From an uncultured virus (IMG/VR IMGVR_UViG_3300028373_000196) (taxonomy: Duplodnaviria > Heunggongvirae > Uroviricota > Caudoviricetes): a DNA stretch of 64,000 nucleotides. The stretch lies in the IMG/VR virus record IMGVR_UViG_3300028373_000196. One strand, written 5' to 3'. Positions 47,655 through 58,057 of this stretch are shown in pieces. A program made the translations under genes and the position numbers. The stretch's first letter is position 1. Each line of letters begins with the position of its first letter. The notes below the pieces were generated by a model. That model saw only the letters and a list, made by a program, of their open reading frames with translations. It did not search any database and had not been told where the DNA came from.

Positions 47655-48584
47655 TTATGTCTCTCTATCTACAAACTGTTGTCCGATTATACGAGCAGGA
47701 TTTTGATATACGGTTTTAAAAAACTTGCTTTGGTCAGGAGCAAGGGGGTCGGCTGCAATCGGAAGGTCAAGTTTGTTGATTAGCATTTCTCCCATCATTT
47801 TTGTTTGAGACATCAAATCTTCTTCTTTGAGTTGACTGCCTGAATGTTCCCAATAATTATTTAAATATTTAAAGTCGCGAACTTGTATGTAATCCCAATC
47901 AGTACACATGGTATGATACAATCCTTCTCTTGCGCCATAAATTGCCCATAATCCATTTTTTACATCAGTGCCAGTCATTAACCATATATAAAGTCTGTGC
48001 ATATTCTTCCAATGATTCTTTTGGAAGGCTTCTGGTGTCGGTTTAATACCCTGGTCAAGTGCCATTTTAACACCTTCTCTAAATCCTGCGCGCCATGCTT
48101 GTTGGGGACTTGCGTTGTTAAAGATTTCGCTGTAGCAGCCGTTCATTTGGATATATTCAATATCCCAACAAAAGTCAACTTGTGCATGTGGATTGTCATC
48201 TGGTGCATTTTCGTGTGTGCGCATGTTGAGCACATATTCTTTGGGCCAGCATTTGAGGCCGCCGTTGCCGTACATTAGTCCGTTGATATGATTTTTTGCA
48301 GTCCAGCTGATAACACATTTATCCAAGTCTTTGTGAGCGTCTAAATCAAACTCCCTTGACAGAAATTTAGTATCGATTATGTTGTCGGCGTCGACTGTGA
48401 TAAATCGGTCTGTGTCACTTAATTCTGCACAGGCCTTGTGTGCAGCGTCAGACCCCTCAACACCGTGTATTCTCTTTGCCCACGGAATTTTTTTGCACAA
48501 GTCTGCATAATTTTTTTCTGCATTTGGTTCGTCATATGACAAATAAATAATGTCATGGTCTAGTATTTTAAATTTGTTATTCAT
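47655..48584 (-). CDS. GT-A-like glycosyltransferase
   Basis: SYDEPNA, GVEGSDAAH, VDADN (DxD), NGLMYGNGGLK, AGFREGVKM; paralogue of 45741..47093. Confidence 0.65.
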   Translation of the reverse strand: MNNKFKILDHDIIYLSYDEPNAEKNYADLCKKIPWAKRIHGVEGSDAAHKACAELSDTDRFITVDADNIIDTKFLSREFDLDAHKDLDKCVISWTAKNHINGLMYGNGGLKCWPKEYVLNMRTHENAPDDNPHAQVDFCWDIEYIQMNGCYSEIFNNASPQQAWRAGFREGVKMALDQGIKPTPEAFQKNHWKNMHRLYIWLMTGTDVKNGLWAIYGAREGLYHTMCTDWDYIQVRDFKYLNNYWEHSGSQLKEEDLMSQTKMMGEMLINKLDLPIAADPLAPDQSKFFKTVYQNPARIIGQQFVDRET

Positions 48585-49155
48585 TAATTACCTCATGACG
48601 ATACGAATCAAGTCTCTTAATAGTATATACACTTAGTGCAGTAGTGTCTGACTCAATCTGGCTATTAAAAGGAATTTTTACACAATCATTTGATATTAAT
48701 TCAATCAATTCAATATTAATCACTCTTTCCAAAGACTGAACATCGTTGTATCTTGTAATACTAAACATCAACGATGCATCGATAGAAATATTCTTTCCAC
48801 TAAAATTATTTCTAACAGGGTCGCTCAACATTATTACCCATTCTTTTCGAGAGACGTGTTGAATTATTGTTAAGTCTGCAGACAGTACGTCTTTGCGGTC
48901 AATATAATGCAACTGATGATTGGCGTTGATAACTTCAGTATTTCGGTATTCTAGTACATAAGTTTTAATAACGGTATCAAAATTTATACAATATTGATGT
49001 AAGTGTTCTTTTCCACTAACTAGATCTTTGACTGCAAAGTCGTCCACTTCGATAAAATTTCCATCTGCATTTTTAGTATTACTAATACTTAACAGATTTC
49101 CCAAGTTGTCAAAATATACAAATCTTTTTGTAGGTATATAGATTAGATCTTCCAT
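48577..49155 (-). CDS. Hypothetical protein
   Basis: Operonic ORF. Confidence 0.7.
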   Translation of the reverse strand: MEDLIYIPTKRFVYFDNLGNLLSISNTKNADGNFIEVDDFAVKDLVSGKEHLHQYCINFDTVIKTYVLEYRNTEVINANHQLHYIDRKDVLSADLTIIQHVSRKEWVIMLSDPVRNNFSGKNISIDASLMFSITRYNDVQSLERVINIELIELISNDCVKIPFNSQIESDTTALSVYTIKRLDSYRHEVINE

Positions 49156-49983
49156 TTAAATTCCCAAGTATTCTTCATAAATTTTTATTATTTTATCAGT
49201 TGCAAAACTCTTTTCAGTGTAATGAAAAATTCCTTGCTGGTGATAATTTCCAATCTTTAGATTAAGAGATTTATTAAACGATACACTAACACTATCCTGC
49301 CATGAGTCGCTGGGTGATTTCCATTCCTGTGCATGCGCCTTCATATGAACGAAATTTGGATAGGCACACGCACTGGAAATAGTATCTTCCCAGCCTAATA
49401 TCTTAGCAACAATGGCTGCACTTACATCCACACTTGGAAACTCCTGAATAACTTTTCCAGTTGCGTATTGTTCATAAAATACTTTCCAGTTTTTCATAAC
49501 AATCTCAAGCCACTGATAAAATAAATGTGCTTCGGTGCTCTTTTTAAAGTAATGAAGTCCGCTGTATAAATTTGGAAGGTTGTTCTTCACAAACAACTTT
49601 CGGTAGTACGTGCTTGCAAGTGGGCTTCCTCTATATGTTAGCACATTGGTTGTATAGAATATTTTCTTGTGTTGCAGGGCTTCCCACCAATGCTGGATGT
49701 TATCCAGCACCAACATGTCTGTGTCTAGTACAATTGTGTTATCATAAGGAGTAATGTGGTATATTTTCCAACGATTTTCAATTTTCCATTGTGATTCGCT
49801 TGCGTCATCTCCCCACGGAATCTCAATTATATTGTCAAAAATATCATATTTACAATCGTCGTTTGTTATTAACGCTATTTTAGAATCAGGATTGGTTGCC
49901 TTTATGCTCAGCGCACACAAGTATGCCTGTTTAATATAATCATCTGAACTATTTTGTGCTAGTAATGTAAAATTAATCGGCAT
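49156..49983 (-). CDS. GT-A (GT8-like) glycosyltransferase
   Basis: TPYDNTIVLDTDML (DxD), YSGLHYFKK, FVHMK. Confidence 0.7.
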   Translation of the reverse strand: MPINFTLLAQNSSDDYIKQAYLCALSIKATNPDSKIALITNDDCKYDIFDNIIEIPWGDDASESQWKIENRWKIYHITPYDNTIVLDTDMLVLDNIQHWWEALQHKKIFYTTNVLTYRGSPLASTYYRKLFVKNNLPNLYSGLHYFKKSTEAHLFYQWLEIVMKNWKVFYEQYATGKVIQEFPSVDVSAAIVAKILGWEDTISSACAYPNFVHMKAHAQEWKSPSDSWQDSVSVSFNKSLNLKIGNYHQQGIFHYTEKSFATDKIIKIYEEYLGI

Positions 49984-50815
49984 TGTCAATAATCCTATTA
50001 AGGCTAAACTTATTCATAATATGAACATTACTGCCAGTGGCTTGTATTGCAAAGCAATCGGCTGTTCCTTGTTTTTCAATTAAAAATACAAATTTATCAT
50101 CTATAATTTTCTCAAGGTGATCTCGGTCAGTGATAAAATATTTTGTTCCCGGCATTGGGTTAACAAAATTTCCAGTTCTGTGGCCGTTCATTATATGTGC
50201 AGCAATGCTAAATGCAAAATCATTGCGAAACACGCTTGAAACAATTTGATAAACATTTCGATAATGATTCCAATTTTTGTTAATGTGATCAACTAGATCA
50301 AAAAATATTCGGTTTGACAAATTCTTTCTAAAAAACACGCACGTTGCCCAGTAAAACTTTGGGCCGCTGTCGCTTATAAATTTAAACTCGGACAAATCTC
50401 TCCATCCAGAAAACTCAAATGTATTGTCACTGTACATTAGTAAATCGTGAGTCTGGTCAAAGCATCGATTTAATACGTTGTTTGCAACAATGAAGTCAGT
50501 ATCCAACAAAATTGTTTCATCATACGGAGTAAGACTGTATGCTGTATTTCGATCAGTGTTCTTGAACTGTAAACTTTTTCTAGTCCACGAACCGTCGTGG
50601 TATTTTTTGTATGTGTCGTTACCGGATGTATTTGTCAAAATTACTTTATCAAACGGATGATCCGGATATGCTTTCTCAAGATAGTCAGCAGTGTCTGTGA
50701 TAATACTCACAGGAATTCCTTGGTATTCTTTAATTCTGTTTGCACAAAAGACAGCTTGTTTAACATAGTCAATTTCGCTGTTATTACGTGCTATTAGTAA
50801 TGCACCCTTTGTCAT
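49973..50815 (-). CDS. GT-A (GT8-like) glycosyltransferase
   Basis: TPYDETILLDTDF (DxD), WATCVFFRK, FRND, HIMNK; paralogue of the previous gene. Confidence 0.7.
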   Translation of the reverse strand: MTKGALLIARNNSEIDYVKQAVFCANRIKEYQGIPVSIITDTADYLEKAYPDHPFDKVILTNTSGNDTYKKYHDGSWTRKSLQFKNTDRNTAYSLTPYDETILLDTDFIVANNVLNRCFDQTHDLLMYSDNTFEFSGWRDLSEFKFISDSGPKFYWATCVFFRKNLSNRIFFDLVDHINKNWNHYRNVYQIVSSVFRNDFAFSIAAHIMNGHRTGNFVNPMPGTKYFITDRDHLEKIIDDKFVFLIEKQGTADCFAIQATGSNVHIMNKFSLNRIIDNAD

Positions 50816-51159
50816 TAACTAATAATACCTTCGACTGTGCGGTTGTTTTTTAATTTGGCAAATCCTGCCAAATACTTGTTACCCGCCTTGGTATACTCGG
50901 CTAATATGTCATTTACAAATTTTGATAAATTGTCAATATGAATAGGAGTTGAATTATCATCTATTAATACCGATTCATTGACGGTAGTATTAACCAACAA
51001 TGTGCAAAAGCTAATTAATTCTCGAGTTAATGTAAATTGACCGCCGTTGTGGTAATAAATAATATCATTGTCGTATTGTTCTTTTAATAACCTTTTCTGA
51101 TTGTCAAGTGTAATCATATAGTTACTAAAATCAAGTGCAGCTTTTAATTTATCATCCAT
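50815..51159 (-). CDS. Hypothetical protein
   Basis: First gene after the promoter; TAATG-coupled to the GT. Confidence 0.75.
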   Translation of the reverse strand: MDDKLKAALDFSNYMITLDNQKRLLKEQYDNDIIYYHNGGQFTLTRELISFCTLLVNTTVNESVLIDDNSTPIHIDNLSKFVNDILAEYTKAGNKYLAGFAKLKNNRTVEGIIS

Positions 51160-51183
51160 TGGAAATCCTTGTTATATTATATA

Positions 51184-51212
51184 ATAATACAACAGTTTTT
51201 TTATTATGTCAA
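51184..51212 (-). promoter_or_regulatory. sigma70-type promoter heading the enzyme cluster
   Basis: TTGACA-17 nt-TATTAT with TG extension. Confidence 0.7.
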
Positions 51213-51217
51213 TTGGT

Positions 51218-52204
51218 TTATGCCGGCGGAGAGCCGTTGTTTGATGTTAACTGAACAACTGTTGCAATAATTGGTGCCGGAACATTGACTGCTGTATATG
51301 AAACAGCGTTGTACACAAAACTACTGTCGGGTCTAAATGTGTTAACAGTGCTAGTAGTTGTGCCGCCTACTGATTCGTCAATATTTCCTGCTGAGCCATC
51401 ATCTATTGATATCCTAAATCTTAAAACAGTGTCACTGACAGTACGGCCGGCAATTGTGTAATCGTTGCTACTATACACACCAGACCCAGTTTTAGTATAA
51501 ATTAATTGATACGTTGATGTTAGTGCATTGTATCCACTAGTAGAAGGTGTTCCGGAATTAGCAGTTAGTCGGTATTTGTCAAATTTTATAGTTCCTATTG
51601 CCGATAGCATATTTGCCCAATCGGTGTCCTTTGCGCCCGATCCAGCTGTTAAGCTTGCAGAAAATCTTAGTTCGCCGCCGGTTTCAAAATAATAGTCGCG
51701 TTCTGCTAGGCTAGCAAATGTAAAAGTAACTACATGATATATAGTTTGGTTATTAGAAGAATTTCCCCATGATGTGCTTCTTGCGCTCGCATCTGCAGTG
51801 CCAAGAGAAAAACTACTATCTGGCCAGCCAGATGTACTTCCGTCAAAATTGCTAATATCAACTACTAGTTGATTATAATCGTTTATGCCCGATGTTGTAC
51901 TAGTTGATGTTGCCGTTTTTGCTCCAGTAACTTGATTAAATTCTAGAGAAACGTCGGCACCAATTGTTTGTCCGGTTGCAGGAACGTTGATAAGAGCGGA
52001 GATTGATCCAGCTTGATGAACATAGCAGCCTTGTGCATCAAGGTACAGTTCTTCCAGTTGTTGAGATGTAACTTTGCTCGATGTAGCAACCACCGGTGAT
52101 GATCTTAAAGTTTGACCGTAGGTGGTATTATACACTGTTGATAGCGTGGTTCTTATATTATTATATTCTGATGCAGATATTACTCCGCCAACACTTACAG
52201 GCAT
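51218..52204 (-). CDS. Virion structural protein (baseplate/fibre associated)
   Basis: Ser/Thr/Gly rich; YGQ and F..GGELRF motifs; ATAAATA upstream. Confidence 0.6.
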   Translation of the reverse strand: MPVSVGGVISASEYNNIRTTLSTVYNTTYGQTLRSSPVVATSSKVTSQQLEELYLDAQGCYVHQAGSISALINVPATGQTIGADVSLEFNQVTGAKTATSTSTTSGINDYNQLVVDISNFDGSTSGWPDSSFSLGTADASARSTSWGNSSNNQTIYHVVTFTFASLAERDYYFETGGELRFSASLTAGSGAKDTDWANMLSAIGTIKFDKYRLTANSGTPSTSGYNALTSTYQLIYTKTGSGVYSSNDYTIAGRTVSDTVLRFRISIDDGSAGNIDESVGGTTTSTVNTFRPDSSFVYNAVSYTAVNVPAPIIATVVQLTSNNGSPPA

Positions 52205-52236
52205 GTATAGTCTCCGTTAACAGTGTATTTATTGCA

Positions 52237-53124
52237 TCATGTACTAAGAGCACTAATGTTTGAAAACAACGGACTTGGTACCGAAACATATGCACCAGTT
52301 GCTCTAAATTGGTTAATTATGCTTGTGATATTACCAGTAACGTTTTCGTCAATTGATCCGCCAGGGCCGGTTGCCCCTGCCCCATCTATAAATTCGACCA
52401 GGAAAGTTAATGCGTCAGCAGTTGCCTTGGCACGAATGGTGTAAAAAGTGTCCGAATATCCAGTGGTTTTTGAGTTTGTATAAATTTGTACATATTCAGC
52501 ATTGTCTATCAAATCAAAATTACCAATGTTTGCAGAAGTATCAGTTACAATTGTAGCAGTTGATACCGCTGTGGTATGATTGAAAATAATAGATTGCATA
52601 CTGGATAAGAACGATGCCCAGGCTGACGATTTGGCATCTGCCGGGGCAGATAATTGAGCGCCAAATCGTATTTGGCCTCCGGAATTAAAGAAGTATCTCC
52701 GTGCATTTGCAGATTCAAATGTTACCCTAAACTCATGTGTGATTGTGCCATTCCAGGTGGTATTTCTAGTACTAGATGCTAGTGCAGAAGTTGTAGCTTC
52801 TGCAGGATCAATTTTAAAACGAGATGCTCCGGTAATTCCAGAAGTTATAGATTCATACTGGGTGTACGCGCTATTTGTAATATCAGTGTTAGCAGCAATT
52901 GACAGCAGTACCGGTAAAGCACCGTTTTGGTGAGCATGTATGTTAACAAGATCAGTTTTTAATCTTTGCATGTGAGTAGCAACAACTGTGGCGCCTGGCG
53001 CCACAGCAGAACTTGACAATACCTGTCCGTACCCAAAGTTAGTTGCCCCGTTGCCTAAAACTTGAGTTACAATTGTTTGCATTGCATTGTATCGTGCTGC
53101 TGAGATTATATCGCCTACGGCCAT
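52237..53124 (-). CDS. Virion structural protein, paralogue of 51218..52204
   Basis: VGDIISA..YN, GYGQ, FFNSGGQIRF, IDENV; TATAAATA upstream. Confidence 0.6.
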   Translation of the reverse strand: MAVGDIISAARYNAMQTIVTQVLGNGATNFGYGQVLSSSAVAPGATVVATHMQRLKTDLVNIHAHQNGALPVLLSIAANTDITNSAYTQYESITSGITGASRFKIDPAEATTSALASSTRNTTWNGTITHEFRVTFESANARRYFFNSGGQIRFGAQLSAPADAKSSAWASFLSSMQSIIFNHTTAVSTATIVTDTSANIGNFDLIDNAEYVQIYTNSKTTGYSDTFYTIRAKATADALTFLVEFIDGAGATGPGGSIDENVTGNITSIINQFRATGAYVSVPSPLFSNISALST

Positions 53125-53155
53125 TATTTTTTTTCCTATAAACTGCTAGTTTTAT

Positions 53156-54607
53156 TTATACCTTAAGCACACACTCAACTAATTTTTCGTCGTTGCTGTA
53201 ATTTGACTCAAGTGATATTCCAACTAGTGCAGTAGTTGCAATTGTAGTACATACACCGTCGACCATTGCATACACTGCTTGACCTTTTTTAACTGGTCCT
53301 GATACTCTAACAGGTAGACGACCCTTTAGACCAACGGGCTGACCGTGTGCTTCGCTGTTCATTAAGTATGCAGGGTCAGTTGATATAACCCCAATGCAAT
53401 GGTTACTCGCAGTAGCAGGTTCTACCTCGTAGTCAATACTTGCGCTAACTGCTACTGCGGTTCCAGGAAGTAGTTCTTCGTTGGTTGAATAATTTTCTGC
53501 TAAATCGGCATATCGAGCAGTTGTTGCTATTCCACGAAATACTACCGCAGTTATGTCGCCACTTGCATCTCTTGCTGCGATAGTATTTATAGAACCGGCA
53601 GTTGTAGCTGTTCTATATAAGCCGCTAACAGATAATGTATCTGCCTGTGTTGCAGTACCATTAAATGTAGTTGCATAAATGTTAGACCATCGTTCAGTAA
53701 TCGTGCCCAATGCATACGTGTTGTTTACTGCTGGCTTAATTTCAGTGTTAGAAATATTTATAATATCTCCGTCGGCTGCATTTTGAATTTTAAGCAGGCC
53801 TCGTTTAAGTTGTATTATAGGTGTAAAAGCATCGGGTGCAATTTTAACAACTAGGTCGTCGTCATTGCCTAGTGTAAATCCAGGATCATTGAACTTAACA
53901 ACATTGGTAAATACTGCATTATCAGTTGTAAGAAATTCTGCTGCGGTTTGGCCGTTTAAAGTTAATGCATTGCTTGCAGTTCCCCAATAAACATGATCGC
54001 TTGTAGTAACACCGGCTGTTGCTGCCTGAGTATTCACAAGCGTTGTACCTTGTTTGATTTCGTCAAACCCTGTGATTGCATCACCTGCTGAGATTGTAAA
54101 TGCAGTCGGACTTGTAATATAAACAATGATATCTTCAATAGTAGCAGCAATAACTGCATGCGGATTACCAACCGTGTCAAAGAGCGTCAGTGATTGCATT
54201 TGAGTAAGTCCGGATCCTGCGCCCTGTGGTCCTACTAGTACCCACTCATTTACTGAATTTCTACTATAGAGCTGATTGGTACTGTTGTTCCACCAAAGTT
54301 CTCCCTCGGATAGACCAATTGGTGCAGTTGCGCTTACTTCGCCGCCGCCTGTTGTTTTCCAAATTGTACCATCATATACTCTAATTTTAGAATTAATACT
54401 GTCGTACCACAGCATGCCGGCGATTGGCCGAGTTGGAGCTGTTGACGAAGCAAAATTTTCTAAAAGGAACAAAAAGTTTTCGTTCTGTGCTTCGCCGTAG
54501 CCAGCAAAGTTTTTGCCAATGAATTTTACTTCAGTAGCTTGATTTACCGTTCCATCTTCAACTGTTGTTAAGACCGATCCGTTGTATCTGTTAATAATAT
54601 AAGCCAT
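53156..54607 (-). CDS. Tail fibre-like protein with C-terminal peptidase G2/intramolecular chaperone-like domain
   Basis: GKNFAGYGE..NENF..LLENFA N-terminal module; C-terminal YADLAENY...GVISTDPAYLMN...GLKGRLPV. Confidence 0.7.
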   Translation of the reverse strand: MAYIINRYNGSVLTTVEDGTVNQATEVKFIGKNFAGYGEAQNENFLFLLENFASSTAPTRPIAGMLWYDSINSKIRVYDGTIWKTTGGGEVSATAPIGLSEGELWWNNSTNQLYSRNSVNEWVLVGPQGAGSGLTQMQSLTLFDTVGNPHAVIAATIEDIIVYITSPTAFTISAGDAITGFDEIKQGTTLVNTQAATAGVTTSDHVYWGTASNALTLNGQTAAEFLTTDNAVFTNVVKFNDPGFTLGNDDDLVVKIAPDAFTPIIQLKRGLLKIQNAADGDIINISNTEIKPAVNNTYALGTITERWSNIYATTFNGTATQADTLSVSGLYRTATTAGSINTIAARDASGDITAVVFRGIATTARYADLAENYSTNEELLPGTAVAVSASIDYEVEPATASNHCIGVISTDPAYLMNSEAHGQPVGLKGRLPVRVSGPVKKGQAVYAMVDGVCTTIATTALVGISLESNYSNDEKLVECVLKV

Positions 54608-54660
54608 TTATGGTTTAACCCCTATTGCGTTAATAGTATTTATCAGTTAAACATTATATC

Positions 54661-55980
54661 TTAGCTTACGTCTTCAATATAGGCCCAACTTCCGGCAACT
54701 ACTCTAAATCTCTTCAAAGTACGTGCAACAGTTAATGCAAGTGTGTTAGTAGCATTGTTAAATAATACATCAGCTAACACAGACTGGTTTTCGGTACCTG
54801 CTTTGTCAACTGTGACAAAAGTTTTTGAAATTCCATCAGACGCATTGTACGTGTTTGTTCCGCTGTATTCGGTACAATGTATTAATGCTTCTACGTTGTC
54901 AATTTTTGTGCTCGACGGCACCATAGATTCAATTATGTCTACAATCAATGAATTATTTAATCCTGTAATATCAAGTGAGAAGAAAACGTCAGTGTTTGTT
55001 ATGGCACCCTCAATGGCAAGATTTCCTGTTATTCTTACATCTCCAGAAACATCAAGGTTATATTGCGGATTATCTTGCCAAATTCCTACATTTCCAGCAG
55101 TAGTATTAACAGTTAGGTAATCAATTAAAAAGTTTTCACTCACTGTTGGTCCTGGGTTAACTTGAAATTTGATTCCTGCGTTGCCAGTCTGACTTCTCAA
55201 TATAGTATTATTATCTGATACAAGTAATTTGAAATCATTATTGTCGCCAACTGTTAGACCAAGATCGGTCTGTATTTTTAATATACCAGTTGTTGTATTA
55301 CCAACTACTTCACTTTCTGGATTGGTTCGAAGAAATCCAGTATCTGATATTCCAGAAATTGATAATGCAGATTCAGCAGTTCCGTGGTAAAGAAAATTAG
55401 AATACAAAGAGCTAATATTAATACCTTCTTTGATATCTTTCTCAAAATTAGGCAAAGCAATGGCCATAGTAAACGATTCTCTGCTAATGATTGCTATCGG
55501 TTGTGCAGCTATTAACAATCGCACAACAACTTTTGAATTTCCAAACTCGTCAACTAGAGTTTGAACATCTAATCCGGACTCTCCCTGTGCAACAGTGTAA
55601 ATTGGGCCTGCAAGAAATGTATTATCGCCATCGCTAAACTTTAATTGCTTGTTTGCAGTATCGACCCAAAGTTCTCCAGGTGCTAATGAAGGAGTTGTAG
55701 AAGAAACAACAGTTGCAGCAGTTGCTATAAAAGATTCTCCATTGTAGATTTTTAATCTTACTTCGCTAGTATCGTACCAAAGCTGTCCAACAAGTGGGTT
55801 TGACGGGGCGGCGGTATTTGCAAAGTTTTCAAGAACTTTAACAAAATTCTCATTAAATGCTTCGCCGTATCCTGTATAATTTCTTCCAATAAGAATCAAG
55901 TCGGTGGTCTCGTCATCGATTCTGCCGTCAATCAAATCTACTAAAAGTGCGCCGTTGGTTGTATTAATTTTATAACTCAT
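54661..55980 (-). CDS. Tail fibre/baseplate-like protein
   Basis: Same N-terminal module (GRNYTGYGE..NENF..LENFA..GQLWYD); PQYNLDVSG fibre motif. Confidence 0.65.
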   Translation of the reverse strand: MSYKINTTNGALLVDLIDGRIDDETTDLILIGRNYTGYGEAFNENFVKVLENFANTAAPSNPLVGQLWYDTSEVRLKIYNGESFIATAATVVSSTTPSLAPGELWVDTANKQLKFSDGDNTFLAGPIYTVAQGESGLDVQTLVDEFGNSKVVVRLLIAAQPIAIISRESFTMAIALPNFEKDIKEGINISSLYSNFLYHGTAESALSISGISDTGFLRTNPESEVVGNTTTGILKIQTDLGLTVGDNNDFKLLVSDNNTILRSQTGNAGIKFQVNPGPTVSENFLIDYLTVNTTAGNVGIWQDNPQYNLDVSGDVRITGNLAIEGAITNTDVFFSLDITGLNNSLIVDIIESMVPSSTKIDNVEALIHCTEYSGTNTYNASDGISKTFVTVDKAGTENQSVLADVLFNNATNTLALTVARTLKRFRVVAGSWAYIEDVS

Positions 55981-58055
55981 TAAAAGACTCCGTGGTATAT
56001 GATAAAGTTAACTGTTGCAAAAGGCGAAACTGTTTTAAATTCTTCTTGCGATAATGCACGATTGGCAATGCCTTCTGTTCTTGTTATTCCTGACCCAGTG
56101 AGTGGCCCAGTAGATGATGGAAGCGCGCTAACCGCTGACGAGTCAGCTGGATTGGTAACGTTGTTGTTAGTAGCATAAAATTGTGTTCCAGCATCGCCTT
56201 GTAAACTGTGCGTGTGCTCCGGTAATTGATCTGTTTCGATTAATGCAGCAGACGAGCCGCCGTAGTTGCCAACCGTGTTAGCAGCGCCGTCGTTGAGGAC
56301 TCGAGCAGCACCAGTTGCTCCGGCCAGTCCTCCTAGCAAAGATCGGCCGCGCATGTCAGGAGATTTAAATAGTAACAGCGGCGATGACGAAATTCCAAAG
56401 CTTGGACCGATGATGTTATATAATAGTTCGTATGTAGCAATTTCGTACTCTGCTCCGTCACACATTAACCACCCAGTTGGCGCTGCTTGGCCGCCAAACG
56501 GTAAAATAGTGCCAATTGGAACCAGTGGACCTAATGCATCGTTGGGTATTTTTTCTAATAATGCTCGTTGCTCTACTATTCGTATTCCAGTACCGGGTCT
56601 GTTAACTAAGATTTGATCAGTTGTTTCCGACGTTGTTACTTTATCCTTATCAGTGAAGAATGTATCATTTAACGTAGTATTAAACTCTTTTGTCAATCCA
56701 CTAACTTGGCCGTCAAACTCAACAACTTGAGATATTACATCACCAACTAATTGAAAACTTGTAGCACTGCTTAACTTCCCAGCCGACGATGCCGATCCTG
56801 TTATGTTACCGGTTAAGTTTCCAGTAAATGCCCCAGTGAATCTTTCAGCGAACATATTAGAAAACGGCAGCAATAACGACCCAACGCTTGATAGACTTGA
56901 CGAGGTTGTTACAATATTGTTAACAGTAATATTTCCTGTAACAGTTGCAGTTCCGTCGACTTCCAAATCTCCTAGTATACTGCTGTTGCCACTGACAATT
57001 AAATTTGACGGATCAGAATCTGAGTTAGTGCCAACATTGAGATTGCCAGCTGTTCTCACATCACCTCGGACATCGAGCGTGGCTGTTGGAATCCTAGTCG
57101 GACTACCAATTACTACACTAGTATCGTGGTAGACTCTTAGTGCAGTTGTTAACACTCCGTCTTTTCTTACTCTGAAGTCAATGCTGCCATCAGATGCACC
57201 ATTTCTAATTTCACCAATGCTTCCTGAAACAGACATTTTAAACTTTGTGTCGTCGCCGACTGTTATGCCGTCGTTACTATTTACTGTTAACGATTTTGTA
57301 AAAGTATTTGCATTGCTGAGTATTGCAAATTCAGCAGCAGCCCTTGGTGAACCGTTGATGATTAGACTCTCGGCTGTACTTGCAACGCCGTAATATTTTG
57401 TATTGGTTGTTATGCCGCCTAGGTCTTCCCCTGTGCCTGTTATTGTTTTACTTAGGTTAACACCAGGATAGATTATATTATTAGTTGCGCCAGTTGAAAA
57501 ACCTGGAAGATCACTTTGATTCTTGGCTGTAAATTGATCTGCACTAATCACCGATATAACTTTATTTGCAATATAGTTGACTATAACAGTTCTGACCTTG
57601 TTGTTAGTGTCTTTGATAGTTTGTGTTGTTGTTCCTGTGCCGCTGCCTGCTGCGTCTGACGGGCCAACAAGAATCCAACCAGATCCGCTGTATAAATAAA
57701 GCTGCCGTGTCGAGGTGTTAATCCATAAATCTCCCAGTGTACTCGAAGTTGCATCGGGTTCGGTTGTTGCTTTTTTTAGTCCACCGGCACTTACCCACTG
57801 GGTGCCATCGTAAAGTTTTAATTGGTTGGCATTGTCAGTTGTGTCGTACCATAACTGGCCTTCAACTGGTCTTGCAGGAGAACTAGTGTTTGCAAAATTT
57901 TCCAGTAGATGCAAGAAGTTCTCTGCAACAATTGTTCCGTATTCTCCTTGATCTCTGCCAGGAAGTGACAGGCTAGTTTCATTGTTGAAGGTTTTGTCAA
58001 CAACAACAATCGAGCCTTTGTTGACGTTATCGGTAAATTTTACATTGTATGGCAT
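55980..58055 (-). CDS. Tail fibre protein with tail collar domain
   Basis: Same N-terminal module; collar PIGTILPFGG..APTGWLMCDG...PDMRGR; LPEHTH...NFII tip. Confidence 0.8.
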   Translation of the reverse strand: MPYNVKFTDNVNKGSIVVVDKTFNNETSLSLPGRDQGEYGTIVAENFLHLLENFANTSSPARPVEGQLWYDTTDNANQLKLYDGTQWVSAGGLKKATTEPDATSSTLGDLWINTSTRQLYLYSGSGWILVGPSDAAGSGTGTTTQTIKDTNNKVRTVIVNYIANKVISVISADQFTAKNQSDLPGFSTGATNNIIYPGVNLSKTITGTGEDLGGITTNTKYYGVASTAESLIINGSPRAAAEFAILSNANTFTKSLTVNSNDGITVGDDTKFKMSVSGSIGEIRNGASDGSIDFRVRKDGVLTTALRVYHDTSVVIGSPTRIPTATLDVRGDVRTAGNLNVGTNSDSDPSNLIVSGNSSILGDLEVDGTATVTGNITVNNIVTTSSSLSSVGSLLLPFSNMFAERFTGAFTGNLTGNITGSASSAGKLSSATSFQLVGDVISQVVEFDGQVSGLTKEFNTTLNDTFFTDKDKVTTSETTDQILVNRPGTGIRIVEQRALLEKIPNDALGPLVPIGTILPFGGQAAPTGWLMCDGAEYEIATYELLYNIIGPSFGISSSPLLLFKSPDMRGRSLLGGLAGATGAARVLNDGAANTVGNYGGSSAALIETDQLPEHTHSLQGDAGTQFYATNNNVTNPADSSAVSALPSSTGPLTGSGITRTEGIANRALSQEEFKTVSPFATVNFIIYHGVF

Positions 58056-58057
58056 TT

